The translations under genes were made by a program, and so were the position numbers. The notes beneath the pieces were generated by a model. It worked only from the letters and a program-made list of their open reading frames with translations. It was not told where the DNA came from and ran no database searches. DNA of 64,000 nt from a candidate division WWE3 bacterium RIFCSPHIGHO2_01_FULL_40_23. Its GTDB lineage: Bacteria; Patescibacteriota; WWE3; UBA101185; 2-01-FULL-41-18. Location of the stretch: assembly GCA_001772615.1 (NCBI GenBank), contig MEUZ01000003.1, positions 350,433 to 414,432 on the forward strand. Reading direction: 5' to 3'. Below are positions 55,812-64,000 of the stretch, in pieces; positions within the stretch are counted from its first letter, which is position 1, and each line of letters starts with the position of its first letter.

Positions 55812-57608
55812 ATGACGGCAGATAGCACCCTTGTGCTTCTTGAAAAAACAGTTAGAAGGTTTCCTTTAACTCTAGCCTCTTCAACAGCATTCGTAATTTT
55901 AATGATTTACTTGATTGAGAAGCAATTTAATCCCAATGATGGCATCCTTAAATTGCTAATCATCTTGTCAATGGGAGTGCCGCTTTTTACCGCTCTTCAC
56001 CTTATTACAGAAGCAAAAGCAATTAAGAGAGTCCATAAAATCCTGCTGAATGGTCTTGGAGTGCTCGCCCTGGCAGTTTACTTTTTCTTGTACCTCCCAA
56101 AAAATATTGACCTGTTTACCGGAGGTCACATCAACAACATTGTCCTTCACCAGGTAGTTCTGTATCTCATTGCATTCTCATCACCATATTTAGTCAGAAA
56201 CAGTGAGGGCAACTTTAGAACCTACCTAAGGAAAATGGTTTTAAGGTTTGCCTTGAGCTTCATATTCTCCGCAATAGTTTACATGGGTATAACAGTGATA
56301 TTGAGTACTATAAACTATTTGTTTACCGTTAATATAAAGCCTGAACTTAACCTTCAATTATGGTTCGTAACGGCTAACTTTGTCGGTCTTTTCTACTTTC
56401 TTGCAGGTGTTCCCGCAAATTTTGATGATCTGGGGCAGGACCAGAAATGGCTGGATATTCTAAAAATTGCAACAGAATATATTCTCATACCTTTAAATTA
56501 TGCCTATCTGGTAATCTTGTATCTTTACCTTCTAAAAATCCTTATCACTCGAACTTGGCCTGAAGACGGTGTAAGTAATATTATTCTCGGGTATTCCATA
56601 TTTAGTATTTTCACCTGGGCTCTAGTACCAAACGGCGAGGATAAAATAAACTTAATCACGAAGTATTTTAAAAAACTGGTTTTTGCATCCCTCATACCTC
56701 TTGCCATAACTCTTCTTATTGCTATCGGTATAAGGATATCGGCTTATGGATATACCGAAAGACGGTACCTTCTTTTAATTCTTGGGATCTGGCTTCTTTT
56801 AAGTTCTGTGTATTTCGCATTAACAAAGACCCAATCGCTAAAATACATTTTCACGTCGTTAGTAATAATTGTGTTTGTATCCTCAATAGGTCCGCAAAGC
56901 GCGGTAAACGTGTCGCGAGTTAGCCAGCTGACAAGATTTAAGGACATTCTGGCAAAAAACGGGATGCTTATTGACGGTGTGGCTATCCCTCCCAAACAAG
57001 CAATCTCTGTACAAGATGCATACGAATTAAGATCAATAATCAGCTATCTCGGACACATTCATAACTTTTCAGGCATTGAAAACTCTTTTCCTAACATGCA
57101 GTTTGATAACTCAAACAAACTAGTATCGGAAAAGGAGACCTCCATACTAACTTTCTTAAACTTGCCCGATGCAAGACCTCATGAGCAATCGGATTATCTT
57201 TATCTGTCAACAAAAGACATTAATATTATGGATATTTCAGGGTATGACGTGATGCTCAAGATGTGCGGGGCATACCAGTTTGGAACCGTGTCATGCTCTT
57301 ATGAAGGAACTGACATAAAAGTATTAAGAACAAATGATGTAATTCAGATAGTCGCTGCAAATGAATCAATAAACTTTAATCTTAACGACATTGTCAAAAA
57401 TGCAAACCTTAACCCAAATAACTATAACTATGAGATAGATCCTAAAGACATGGATCTCGTTGAAGCCGGTTCAAATTATCGTGTAAAACTTTATATAACA
57501 TCACTATCGGGATACCTGACACCGGATGGAACCAGTATAAAAAGCGTGAACAGCGTGGACGGTTACGTACTCATTAAAAATCTTGCAGACAAACCCTTGC
57601 CAAATTAA
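55812..57608 (+). CDS. DUF4153-like multi-pass membrane protein
   Basis: RFP, YILIPL..YL.ILY.Y, RI..YG.T..RY, GP.SA..VS..SQ..R. Confidence 0.8.
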   Translation: MTADSTLVLLEKTVRRFPLTLASSTAFVILMIYLIEKQFNPNDGILKLLIILSMGVPLFTALHLITEAKAIKRVHKILLNGLGVLALAVYFFLYLPKNIDLFTGGHINNIVLHQVVLYLIAFSSPYLVRNSEGNFRTYLRKMVLRFALSFIFSAIVYMGITVILSTINYLFTVNIKPELNLQLWFVTANFVGLFYFLAGVPANFDDLGQDQKWLDILKIATEYILIPLNYAYLVILYLYLLKILITRTWPEDGVSNIILGYSIFSIFTWALVPNGEDKINLITKYFKKLVFASLIPLAITLLIAIGIRISAYGYTERRYLLLILGIWLLLSSVYFALTKTQSLKYIFTSLVIIVFVSSIGPQSAVNVSRVSQLTRFKDILAKNGMLIDGVAIPPKQAISVQDAYELRSIISYLGHIHNFSGIENSFPNMQFDNSNKLVSEKETSILTFLNLPDARPHEQSDYLYLSTKDINIMDISGYDVMLKMCGAYQFGTVSCSYEGTDIKVLRTNDVIQIVAANESINFNLNDIVKNANLNPNNYNYEIDPKDMDLVEAGSNYRVKLYITSLSGYLTPDGTSIKSVNSVDGYVLIKNLADKPLPN

Positions 57609-57632
57609 ATCCATTGGTTAAACTTAGTTCTT

Positions 57633-58004
57633 ATGGAAAACGGATCAATACAAAAACGGATTGAAATCATTGAGACTTTGAGTAAAGAATTAAAATCGCT
57701 TAATGAAATGCTGAAAGAATCGCTTGAGAAAGATCCGACGTATATGAAAAGTGAAGAGGAGAAATCAAAAATCAGAGAGGAAGTAAAAGTTGCGAAGAAC
57801 AAAGCCGAGGAGAAAAGCGATGTTAAAAATATTCTTATGGAGATAAAAGAAAAAAGGGATGAAATTAAAGAGGCGAAAGAAACTCTTTCATTGGAGCTTG
57901 TTGAGTATTACAGGCAAAACAGTATATTAACGATAGAAGATGGGGAGGGAAGAGTAAGAGAAATGAAAATATCCGTAAGACTTTCAAACCCCAAACCACA
58001 ATGA
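57633..58004 (+). CDS. Small coiled-coil hypothetical protein
   Basis: K/E-rich 123-aa ORF ending TIED.EG. Confidence 0.7.
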   Translation: MENGSIQKRIEIIETLSKELKSLNEMLKESLEKDPTYMKSEEEKSKIREEVKVAKNKAEEKSDVKNILMEIKEKRDEIKEAKETLSLELVEYYRQNSILTIEDGEGRVREMKISVRLSNPKPQ

Positions 58005-58082
58005 CATATCTAGAAATGCTTTTGAATTAATAGTGCGATATAATCCATTTTAGAACTTTGAGAGCATAAAAAAGGAGTGGAG

Positions 58083-58427
58083 ATGAAGACTTTGTTTCAG
58101 GCTATTGTAGTAGCCGCCATGCCACTGTTTTTCCTGATCATCGGAATTTTAACCGGCGTACTGACGAAACTTGAGCTAGAGATTATTCTTTACGCGGCTC
58201 TGGTAATTTTGCTGGTTGTGCTTTCCGGATACGGGTTCTTCACCCTGCTGGGAGCCTCGTGGGATAAAAGCAAAAACGGGGTAGTCTGCCTTTTTGCCAG
58301 CCTGTTCATTTCGGTGGCAGCAGTACACGTCCCAAACGGTACTGTGCTTCCGTTCATCACATACATGCTTTTCCTAACGGGTGTGGGGCTTGGGCACTTC
58401 GTCCCATTTCCGAAAGCAAAGAAGTAA
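58083..58427 (+). CDS. Small orphan 4-TM membrane protein (cassette-like)
   Basis: TATAAT, AAAAGGAG SD, terminator 58433-58462. Confidence 0.7.
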   Translation: MKTLFQAIVVAAMPLFFLIIGILTGVLTKLELEIILYAALVILLVVLSGYGFFTLLGASWDKSKNGVVCLFASLFISVAAVHVPNGTVLPFITYMLFLTGVGLGHFVPFPKAKK

Positions 58428-58432
58428 ACTTA

Positions 58433-58462
58433 CCCCCGTAACAAATTTGCGGGGGCTTTTTA
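58433..58462 (+). terminator. Intrinsic terminator
   Basis: CCCCCGTAA...TTGCGGGGG-CTTTTT. Confidence 0.75.
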
Positions 58463-61400
58463 TACCTCAAGTTCAAGCTGACTGTCCTCACCACCGCCTT
58501 TTGGAATACCGTTTGGCCAGCAATGAGCCCTGTAATCACAATTCACGCAGGTTTTGTAATTTGTAGTTCTTTCAAACTTTAGCTCTCTGATTTTTTTCAT
58601 CACATCTTTGATAGTAAGCTTAAGCTCCTCCAGCTCCCCCAAGGATATATTAAAAGAGTGCCTAGAAAACTTTCCATTTTTATCAGGCTCCACAAAATCG
58701 AGCTCTGCGTCAGTCACCGTAAAGTTAAATGTCCGGTCTAAATCGGCAAGAAGTTTATAAAAAACAAGCTGTCTTTTATATCCGCCGTTTGAGTACTTAG
58801 TCTTGCCCTCAACGTCATTCCTTGACTTTGCCTTCCCCGTTTTATAATCAATAACCTTCACATACTTTCGCGAGACGTCAACATAATCAATCTTGTCAAC
58901 TTTCCCATTAAGAGGAATGTTATCAAGATAAACTTTGGAGTTCCCATACCCAAAAAACTTTTCGGTAAAAAGAGGCTTTTGAAACTCTTTGTTATAAGAA
59001 CCAAAATAAGCTTTCAGGATTAAACTTCCTTTTGCCCTCGTTTCCAAAAAATCTCTTTCCGTTAAAATCTCCTCGCTAATTGCTTTTTCAAACTCTGATA
59101 AAAGATACGGCAGGTCGGGAAGCTTTCCCGTATTTTTAAACTCCCTGAAAAATATCTCCAAAGCCTTGTGAACGGCGGTTCCAAGCGCAAGATACTTATC
59201 CTTGGCCCTCGGGGTCCTAAGTAGATTATTAAGTTTAAATTTATAAGGGCATTCAAGATATGTATTTAACGCCGTAACCGAAAGGCTGAAATTTTTAAGA
59301 ACGCTTTTTAAGAAATCTTTTTCTTCTATTGAAACATTTTCAGAAGTAACCGGCTTTAAAATGTCTTTTAAAATTTCTTTGACGGAAGATTCATACTTTG
59401 AAACTTCGATCTCCTCCGTTTTGTCTTTTGAAATCTCGGAAATAAACATTGATGGAACTGCTTCTCTTAAAGACCCTTCGGTAAAATATGAATCCGCGTA
59501 TGTAACAAAAAGCCCTTTTTTTGCTCTCGTCATTGCAACGTAAAAAAGTCTTCTTTCATCCTCATTCTTTTCTTTTGACGCATCCAACGTCCCGGCTTTG
59601 TCTTTAACGCCAAGAGAAGCCCCGACAAGGCCTTCCGGAAGTTTTATTAAATCCCTGACTTTATTATTACCCCACTTTCCGTCAAAGCATTTAACTAAAA
59701 AGACATACTCAAACTCAAGGCCCTTTGACCTGTGAGCCGTCGTTAACAAAACAGAGTTATTTCTGATATTTAAAGCCTCCTCATTTATGGGAATTCCGCT
59801 TTCCTTAAGAATTAAAACATCCTCCATAAATTTCTTAAGGTTAAGAGAATGATCGGCTGTATTTAGCTTTTTAATTTCGGCAAACAAAGAATTTAATCTG
59901 TTTAATTTTTCTATGGAATCTCGGGAAGAAATCACCCAGTTTAAAAATCCCGATTCCTCTAAAACTCTTTCAAAAAAAGCGGTGAAAGTAAGATTAGAGT
60001 CTAGACTTTGCCACTCATAAAGCTTATCCAGAAACTTTTCAAAATTTAGGGCATTTAAAACCCCTGAAGATTTCTTAAAATCGGGATGATTTATTGCTTC
60101 AACAAAATTTATTTTCTTCTCACTAGCAAAGCGGGAAAGCTTAAGGGTGTCAACATAATCAAAGTCCAAAAACTCGTAATTAAAAATGGTGAAAAGATCA
60201 AGGTCCTCCTCTTTGCTTCTGACTTTTAAAATCACGTCAAGAAGCTTTAGGAGTTTATTAATGTCATAATCCTCTAAAACATTTTCCCCGCCTATAAGAT
60301 TAAACGGAATTCCCATCCTCCCAAACATGTCCGAGAAGTCTTTTGAATCCGCATTGTTCCTATAAATTACCGCAATTTCAGAAGGCAAGACCCCATCTTC
60401 CACAAGTTTTTTGATTTGTGTAGAAACAAAAAAGCTCTCCGTAATTCCAGAAGAAAAATGCCCGAGCTCTATCCTCTTATCTTCATATGTAACCGCACTT
60501 TCCTGCCTTTTTTCAACGTTTAGAAAATCCGTTAATTTAAGCTCATTATTTTTTATTAAATCCTCCGACGCGCCAATAATAACTTTCTGGCTTCTGTAAT
60601 TTTCCTTAAGGGTAATTATTTTTGCCTTCGGATAATTTTTTGTGAAAAAGAGTATGTTATCTAGTGAAGCTCCCTGAAATCTGTATATGGACTGTGAGTC
60701 ATCGCCCACCACAAACACATTTGCTTCGTCACCCCAGTAGCTTGCAAGAAGATGGGCAACTTTGTTCTGCGGAGAGTTTGTGTCCTGATATTCATCAACA
60801 AGAAAATACAAATATCTTTCCTGATAATCCCTAAGAAGATTTGCGTCGTTATCAAATCTTTCGGTAACAAGATTAATCATGTCTTCAAAGTCATACCGGT
60901 TTTTCTCTTTCAATTTTTGTAAATATCTTGAGTAAACATCCAAAACCTCCGAGAGTTTTTCAAAGTTTTCGCTTTTTTCTATAAACTTCTCAAAATCTTT
61001 TTCCGAGATACCCTCCCTTTTCAAATCCTGTATTGTTCTAATCAAAGATCTTACATAGTAGTACCTGCCTCCAAACGGTCTAATATTTTTATAACCTCCC
61101 TCGTCAAGAATTTCCCTGAATATCTGAACCCTTTCAAGATCAGATAAAGGCTCAAGATCTTCCGAAAGGACAAACCTGTCGGGGTTACTTCTTAAAATGT
61201 CTGAACAGAAGGAATGAAAGGTATAAATGTTCACGTAATAAGCTTCCGAACCTATTATTGATAAAAGCCTTTCCCTCATGGCTTTAACACCGGAGTCGGT
61301 AAAGGTGAGAGCCAAAATTGCAGATGAGGGTGTATCGGTCTTTTTGAGAATGTTTGCAATTCTCATAGTGAGAACCTGCGTCTTTCCCGTTCCGGGTCCC

Positions 61401-61519
61401 GCGATAACTAAAACGGGGCCTTCTATAGTGTCAACCGCTTCTTTCTGCTTTGGGTTTAGCTCTTTGTATAAAGATTCAAATGTTTCTGTATGGGCCTTCT
61501 TGGACATACTCATCAGCAT
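58460..61519 (-). CDS. UvrD-like helicase fused to PD-(D/E)xK nuclease (AdnA/AddA-like)
   Basis: AGPGTGKT, DEYQD, H.SKGLEF, EDERRLFYVAMTRA; C-terminal YLECP, G.VD.ID, IDYKTG, CVNCDY...C. Confidence 0.9.
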   Translation of the reverse strand: MLMSMSKKAHTETFESLYKELNPKQKEAVDTIEGPVLVIAGPGTGKTQVLTMRIANILKKTDTPSSAILALTFTDSGVKAMRERLLSIIGSEAYYVNIYTFHSFCSDILRSNPDRFVLSEDLEPLSDLERVQIFREILDEGGYKNIRPFGGRYYYVRSLIRTIQDLKREGISEKDFEKFIEKSENFEKLSEVLDVYSRYLQKLKEKNRYDFEDMINLVTERFDNDANLLRDYQERYLYFLVDEYQDTNSPQNKVAHLLASYWGDEANVFVVGDDSQSIYRFQGASLDNILFFTKNYPKAKIITLKENYRSQKVIIGASEDLIKNNELKLTDFLNVEKRQESAVTYEDKRIELGHFSSGITESFFVSTQIKKLVEDGVLPSEIAVIYRNNADSKDFSDMFGRMGIPFNLIGGENVLEDYDINKLLKLLDVILKVRSKEEDLDLFTIFNYEFLDFDYVDTLKLSRFASEKKINFVEAINHPDFKKSSGVLNALNFEKFLDKLYEWQSLDSNLTFTAFFERVLEESGFLNWVISSRDSIEKLNRLNSLFAEIKKLNTADHSLNLKKFMEDVLILKESGIPINEEALNIRNNSVLLTTAHRSKGLEFEYVFLVKCFDGKWGNNKVRDLIKLPEGLVGASLGVKDKAGTLDASKEKNEDERRLFYVAMTRAKKGLFVTYADSYFTEGSLREAVPSMFISEISKDKTEEIEVSKYESSVKEILKDILKPVTSENVSIEEKDFLKSVLKNFSLSVTALNTYLECPYKFKLNNLLRTPRAKDKYLALGTAVHKALEIFFREFKNTGKLPDLPYLLSEFEKAISEEILTERDFLETRAKGSLILKAYFGSYNKEFQKPLFTEKFFGYGNSKVYLDNIPLNGKVDKIDYVDVSRKYVKVIDYKTGKAKSRNDVEGKTKYSNGGYKRQLVFYKLLADLDRTFNFTVTDAELDFVEPDKNGKFSRHSFNISLGELEELKLTIKDVMKKIRELKFERTTNYKTCVNCDYRAHCWPNGIPKGGGEDSQLELEV

Positions 61520-61567
61520 GAATTATAACGGATTGACACACAGAAAAGCTTAAACTAAAGTTGTCCC

Positions 61568-62002
61568 ATGGATGAGGAAAGAAAGCTGGTTTTTGAACTT
61601 TTAAAAGCGGCGGGCATTCCCGATAACGAAATTGAAAGCTATTACTCCAAGATGATTACATTGTCTCTTACCTACCTTGTAGCCTTCACACTTTCGGCCC
61701 TTAACGAGGATGAAAAAGAAAAGCTGACAAAAGAGCTTAAAGATTCTTCAAAACAGGCGGATATAATTATTCAAAAACTAAAAGAAGCTTGTGAGTCTTC
61801 GCAGAACAAGCCTGACATAAGGGACATAGCCGCCCTTGCAAAAATAAAAGCCTCTTCAGAATTTTTCGGGTCGGTTTACGACAAAGCAGACGAGGGGCAT
61901 AAGACAAAACTTATTGAAGTTTACAGAGGTATAATTACCTCAAACCCCACACATAAAGAAAATATTGAGAATGTGATTAATGCGTTCGGGAAGGAGGACT
62001 AG
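61568..62002 (+). CDS. Hypothetical helical protein
   Basis: 144-aa ORF with TTGACA upstream. Confidence 0.6.
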   Translation: MDEERKLVFELLKAAGIPDNEIESYYSKMITLSLTYLVAFTLSALNEDEKEKLTKELKDSSKQADIIIQKLKEACESSQNKPDIRDIAALAKIKASSEFFGSVYDKADEGHKTKLIEVYRGIITSNPTHKENIENVINAFGKED

Positions 62003-62003
62003 T

Positions 62004-62555
62004 ATGAGAGAAGGACCACCTTTGGAAATGCCCCATGAGGAAGTTTCTACCGCCGGTTCTGAAGCTGCAAAACCGGACGAGGGGTTTACGATTAGAATAC
62101 TAGGGATTGATGTCCCTGAACCTGTAGCTACAAAAGCCGCGGTTGTATTAGTTGCAACCGCAACAGCTTTTGCACAGGCTAAGGAAGCTCTTGGATCTAA
62201 TTTTGAGGTACCCACTACACCCGAGGAAGGAGCGAAAGAGGCAATGAAGCTATTAATCGGGGTAGGAGGCGGCGCAGTCCTACTCGGAGCCGGGCTTGCA
62301 GTGGGAATGCGAATTAAAAGGGCTTGGGAGGAGGGCGATACTCACCAACAGCCTTCGGAAGAACCACGGCCTAGAGGCCAAGGATATAAAGACTCCCGCG
62401 AGGAGGCACTAGATCGGGGTATTGGGCAGGCTCAAGCCTCGGCTCCATTTGTTTCCAGAATGAGGGGTGCTTCACCAGTCGAAAGGTTAGAAGCTCTAAG
62501 AGACTTAGAAAACCCTACCAGGGGATCAAGAAAATCTCTATCAGAACTAACATAA
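62004..62555 (+). CDS. Hypothetical single-TM low-complexity protein
   Basis: AAGGAGG SD before ATG 62004; central hydrophobic Gly-rich segment. Confidence 0.55.
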   Translation: MREGPPLEMPHEEVSTAGSEAAKPDEGFTIRILGIDVPEPVATKAAVVLVATATAFAQAKEALGSNFEVPTTPEEGAKEAMKLLIGVGGGAVLLGAGLAVGMRIKRAWEEGDTHQQPSEEPRPRGQGYKDSREEALDRGIGQAQASAPFVSRMRGASPVERLEALRDLENPTRGSRKSLSELT

Positions 62556-62571
62556 CAAAGGGTAATCTAAA

Positions 62572-64000
62572 CTACGGAGTCCCTTTTTTATACACATTCA
62601 AAATCTTCACACCATCAGCCCAAACAGAATGTACCTCCTCAAAACTCTCGGGAACTACTACTTCACCCCTAAAATTAGTCACATAATAATCCGGCTCTTT
62701 GGTTTTCTGGCTTACATCAAGCCTTTTTCTGTCCGGCTCCGGAAGGATCAGGGTGTTATTTTTCCCCGGGTAATTCGCCACTTTAACTTTTATCTTATCC
62801 CTGTCATCGGTTCTCACTATATATTCAAGACCCTTTCTGTAGGAAAGCCCCCAATAATCAAGATCAAACCTTTGCCCGATTGTGCTTTTTTCACCCGCAA
62901 AAACATTAAAGTACATATTCTCAAAAGGGTGATTTCTGTACATAAAACCTAAAGCTAAAAGCGCGTTAACCAACACCGCAAGAATAAGAGCTCGTTTTAA
63001 GAAAAAGCCAGAAGCATTAACCGCGAAAGTCAGAATATACACAAAAGCCGGGTATATAAAAAAGAGCTGGCGCCATTCATCATATAAAACAGACTTTAAA
63101 AGTATTACTGAAAGAAGAGGAACAAAAAACCAAAGCAAGATAAGCATGTCTTCTTTTCTTAAAGAACTTCGTTTATAGACAAAATAAAAAAGCCCTAGAC
63201 AGAAAACAAAAATATAAGCTGGTGGGATGGTAACAAGCATCCATCCGGGAGCATAATAAAAAGGCAAATTTACGCTTTCTATCTTCTTTCCGTAAAAAAG
63301 CATTTCAGTTGGCTGCGGGTAATATTTAAAAGCTTTAATAAAGTTTCCGACAGGGTTTTCCCAAAGAGTGGGCCAGAATAAAACGGTAAAAATAGCTGTA
63401 ACCAAGACATAGACAACCAACGGTTTTAATTCCTGCTTTAGCAAGGATAAACTTAAGCCTGAATCTATAATTGTCATCCCGGGCTTGACCCGGGATCTAG
63501 ATTCCCGCTTTCGCAGGAATGACAGTGTATACGGTAATAAAACCCCGCTTGAGATAAAGAGGGCAACAAAAAAGGGGATTAAAACGCCAAGAATCCTTGT
63601 GTCAATTAAAACAGCAGAAGTAAAAGCCAGAATAAACGCGCTAAAGTAACTTCTCTTATCCAAAAACTGTAGTACAAAATAAACGTTTATTATAAAAAAC
63701 GACAAAAAAACCATATCTTTTGAGTTATAAAAAGAGTGGGCAAAAAGCCTTGGAGTTAAAACCAAAACCGCGCTTCCAAGAAGTGAAAGCCACGTGCCAA
63801 ACCTTTTTCTTAATAACAAAAAGAAGAACAAAACACCGGCATATTGCGTCATAAAAGTTAGAAAGTGCCTTGAAAAATAAATTTCCCGTGAGTCGCTTAA
63901 ATTAAATATTTTTTGAGCACCTACCAGAAAAACTTCAAAAACGGGGCCGTAAAATTTATCTATTTTATCAAGAGGTTTCTTGTCTCTTAGAAAAACATGA
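62572..64000 (-). CDS. ArnT/PMT-like (GT-C) membrane glycosyltransferase, 5' end beyond window
   Basis: Frame stays open to 64000 (..YGPVFE..RHFLTFM..); PRLFAHSFYNSKD, LYDEWRQ, DYWGLSY. Confidence 0.8.
   Translation of the reverse strand, partial: HVFLRDKKPLDKIDKFYGPVFEVFLVGAQKIFNLSDSREIYFSRHFLTFMTQYAGVLFFFLLLRKRFGTWLSLLGSAVLVLTPRLFAHSFYNSKDMVFLSFFIINVYFVLQFLDKRSYFSAFILAFTSAVLIDTRILGVLIPFFVALFISSGVLLPYTLSFLRKRESRSRVKPGMTIIDSGLSLSLLKQELKPLVVYVLVTAIFTVLFWPTLWENPVGNFIKAFKYYPQPTEMLFYGKKIESVNLPFYYAPGWMLVTIPPAYIFVFCLGLFYFVYKRSSLRKEDMLILLWFFVPLLSVILLKSVLYDEWRQLFFIYPAFVYILTFAVNASGFFLKRALILAVLVNALLALGFMYRNHPFENMYFNVFAGEKSTIGQRFDLDYWGLSYRKGLEYIVRTDDRDKIKVKVANYPGKNNTLILPEPDRKRLDVSQKTKEPDYYVTNFRGEVVVPESFEEVHSVWADGVKILNVYKKGTP
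63472..63524. repeat. REP-like element inserted in frame within the glycosyltransferase CDS
   Basis: TGTCATCCCGGGCTTGACCCGGGATCTAGATTCCCGCTTTCGCAGGAATGACA encodes LSFLRKRESRSRVKPGMT. Confidence 0.85.

Noticed and set aside
6240-58462. Integron cassette interpretation of the orphan genes
   Set aside because: No intI, no RYYYAAC...GTTRRRY attC structure seen, and the genes are dispersed with their own expression signals.
23975-63524. CRISPR interpretation of the palindromic repeats
   Set aside because: Dispersed, variable, no regular repeat-spacer period, no cas genes.
1-64000. Alternative genetic code (UGA=Gly, as in Gracilibacteria/Absconditabacteria)
   Set aside because: Conserved genes (pnp, gap, grpE) end at TGA at expected lengths and long ORFs are intact in code 11.

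Overview
Chromosomal segment of a small-genome bacterium. The gene content and truncated proteins (short IF2, short HolA, AAA-only Lon, sortase/LCP/FemAB/MurT-GatD set) suggest Patescibacteria/CPR, Microgenomates or WWE3-like; this is inference. Standard genetic code. The backbone is housekeeping: ftsK, rnj, udg, murT-gatD, pnp-rpsO, infB-nusA, hrcA-grpE-dnaK...dnaJ, trmD, lepA, murJ, rpsT, pilN/O-like, sortase, holA, LCP, tpiA-pgk-gap, trx, dacA, pcrA, rsmA, ppi, femAB x2, helicase-nuclease. Layers that gene calls do not explain: (1) about 15 solitary orphan genes, mostly small, each with a strong AAGGAG-type SD, nearly all with their own intrinsic terminator and several with a clear sigma70 promoter, sit between or inside housekeeping operons whose own genes look largely leaderless; (2) a ~200-nt multi-hairpin ncRNA candidate (31013-31220) whose 5' hairpin loop is the anti-SD sequence CCUCCU; (3) an internally deleted DUF3800-like (DQSG) gene with a 3'-overlapping structured RNA between pgk and gap; (4) a ferredoxin plus half-size AOR-family gene embedded between pgk and tpiA; (5) seven GTCAT...ATGAC palindromic REP-like elements, one in frame inside a glycosyltransferase gene. 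I saw no CRISPR array, tRNA, rRNA, integrase or transposase.
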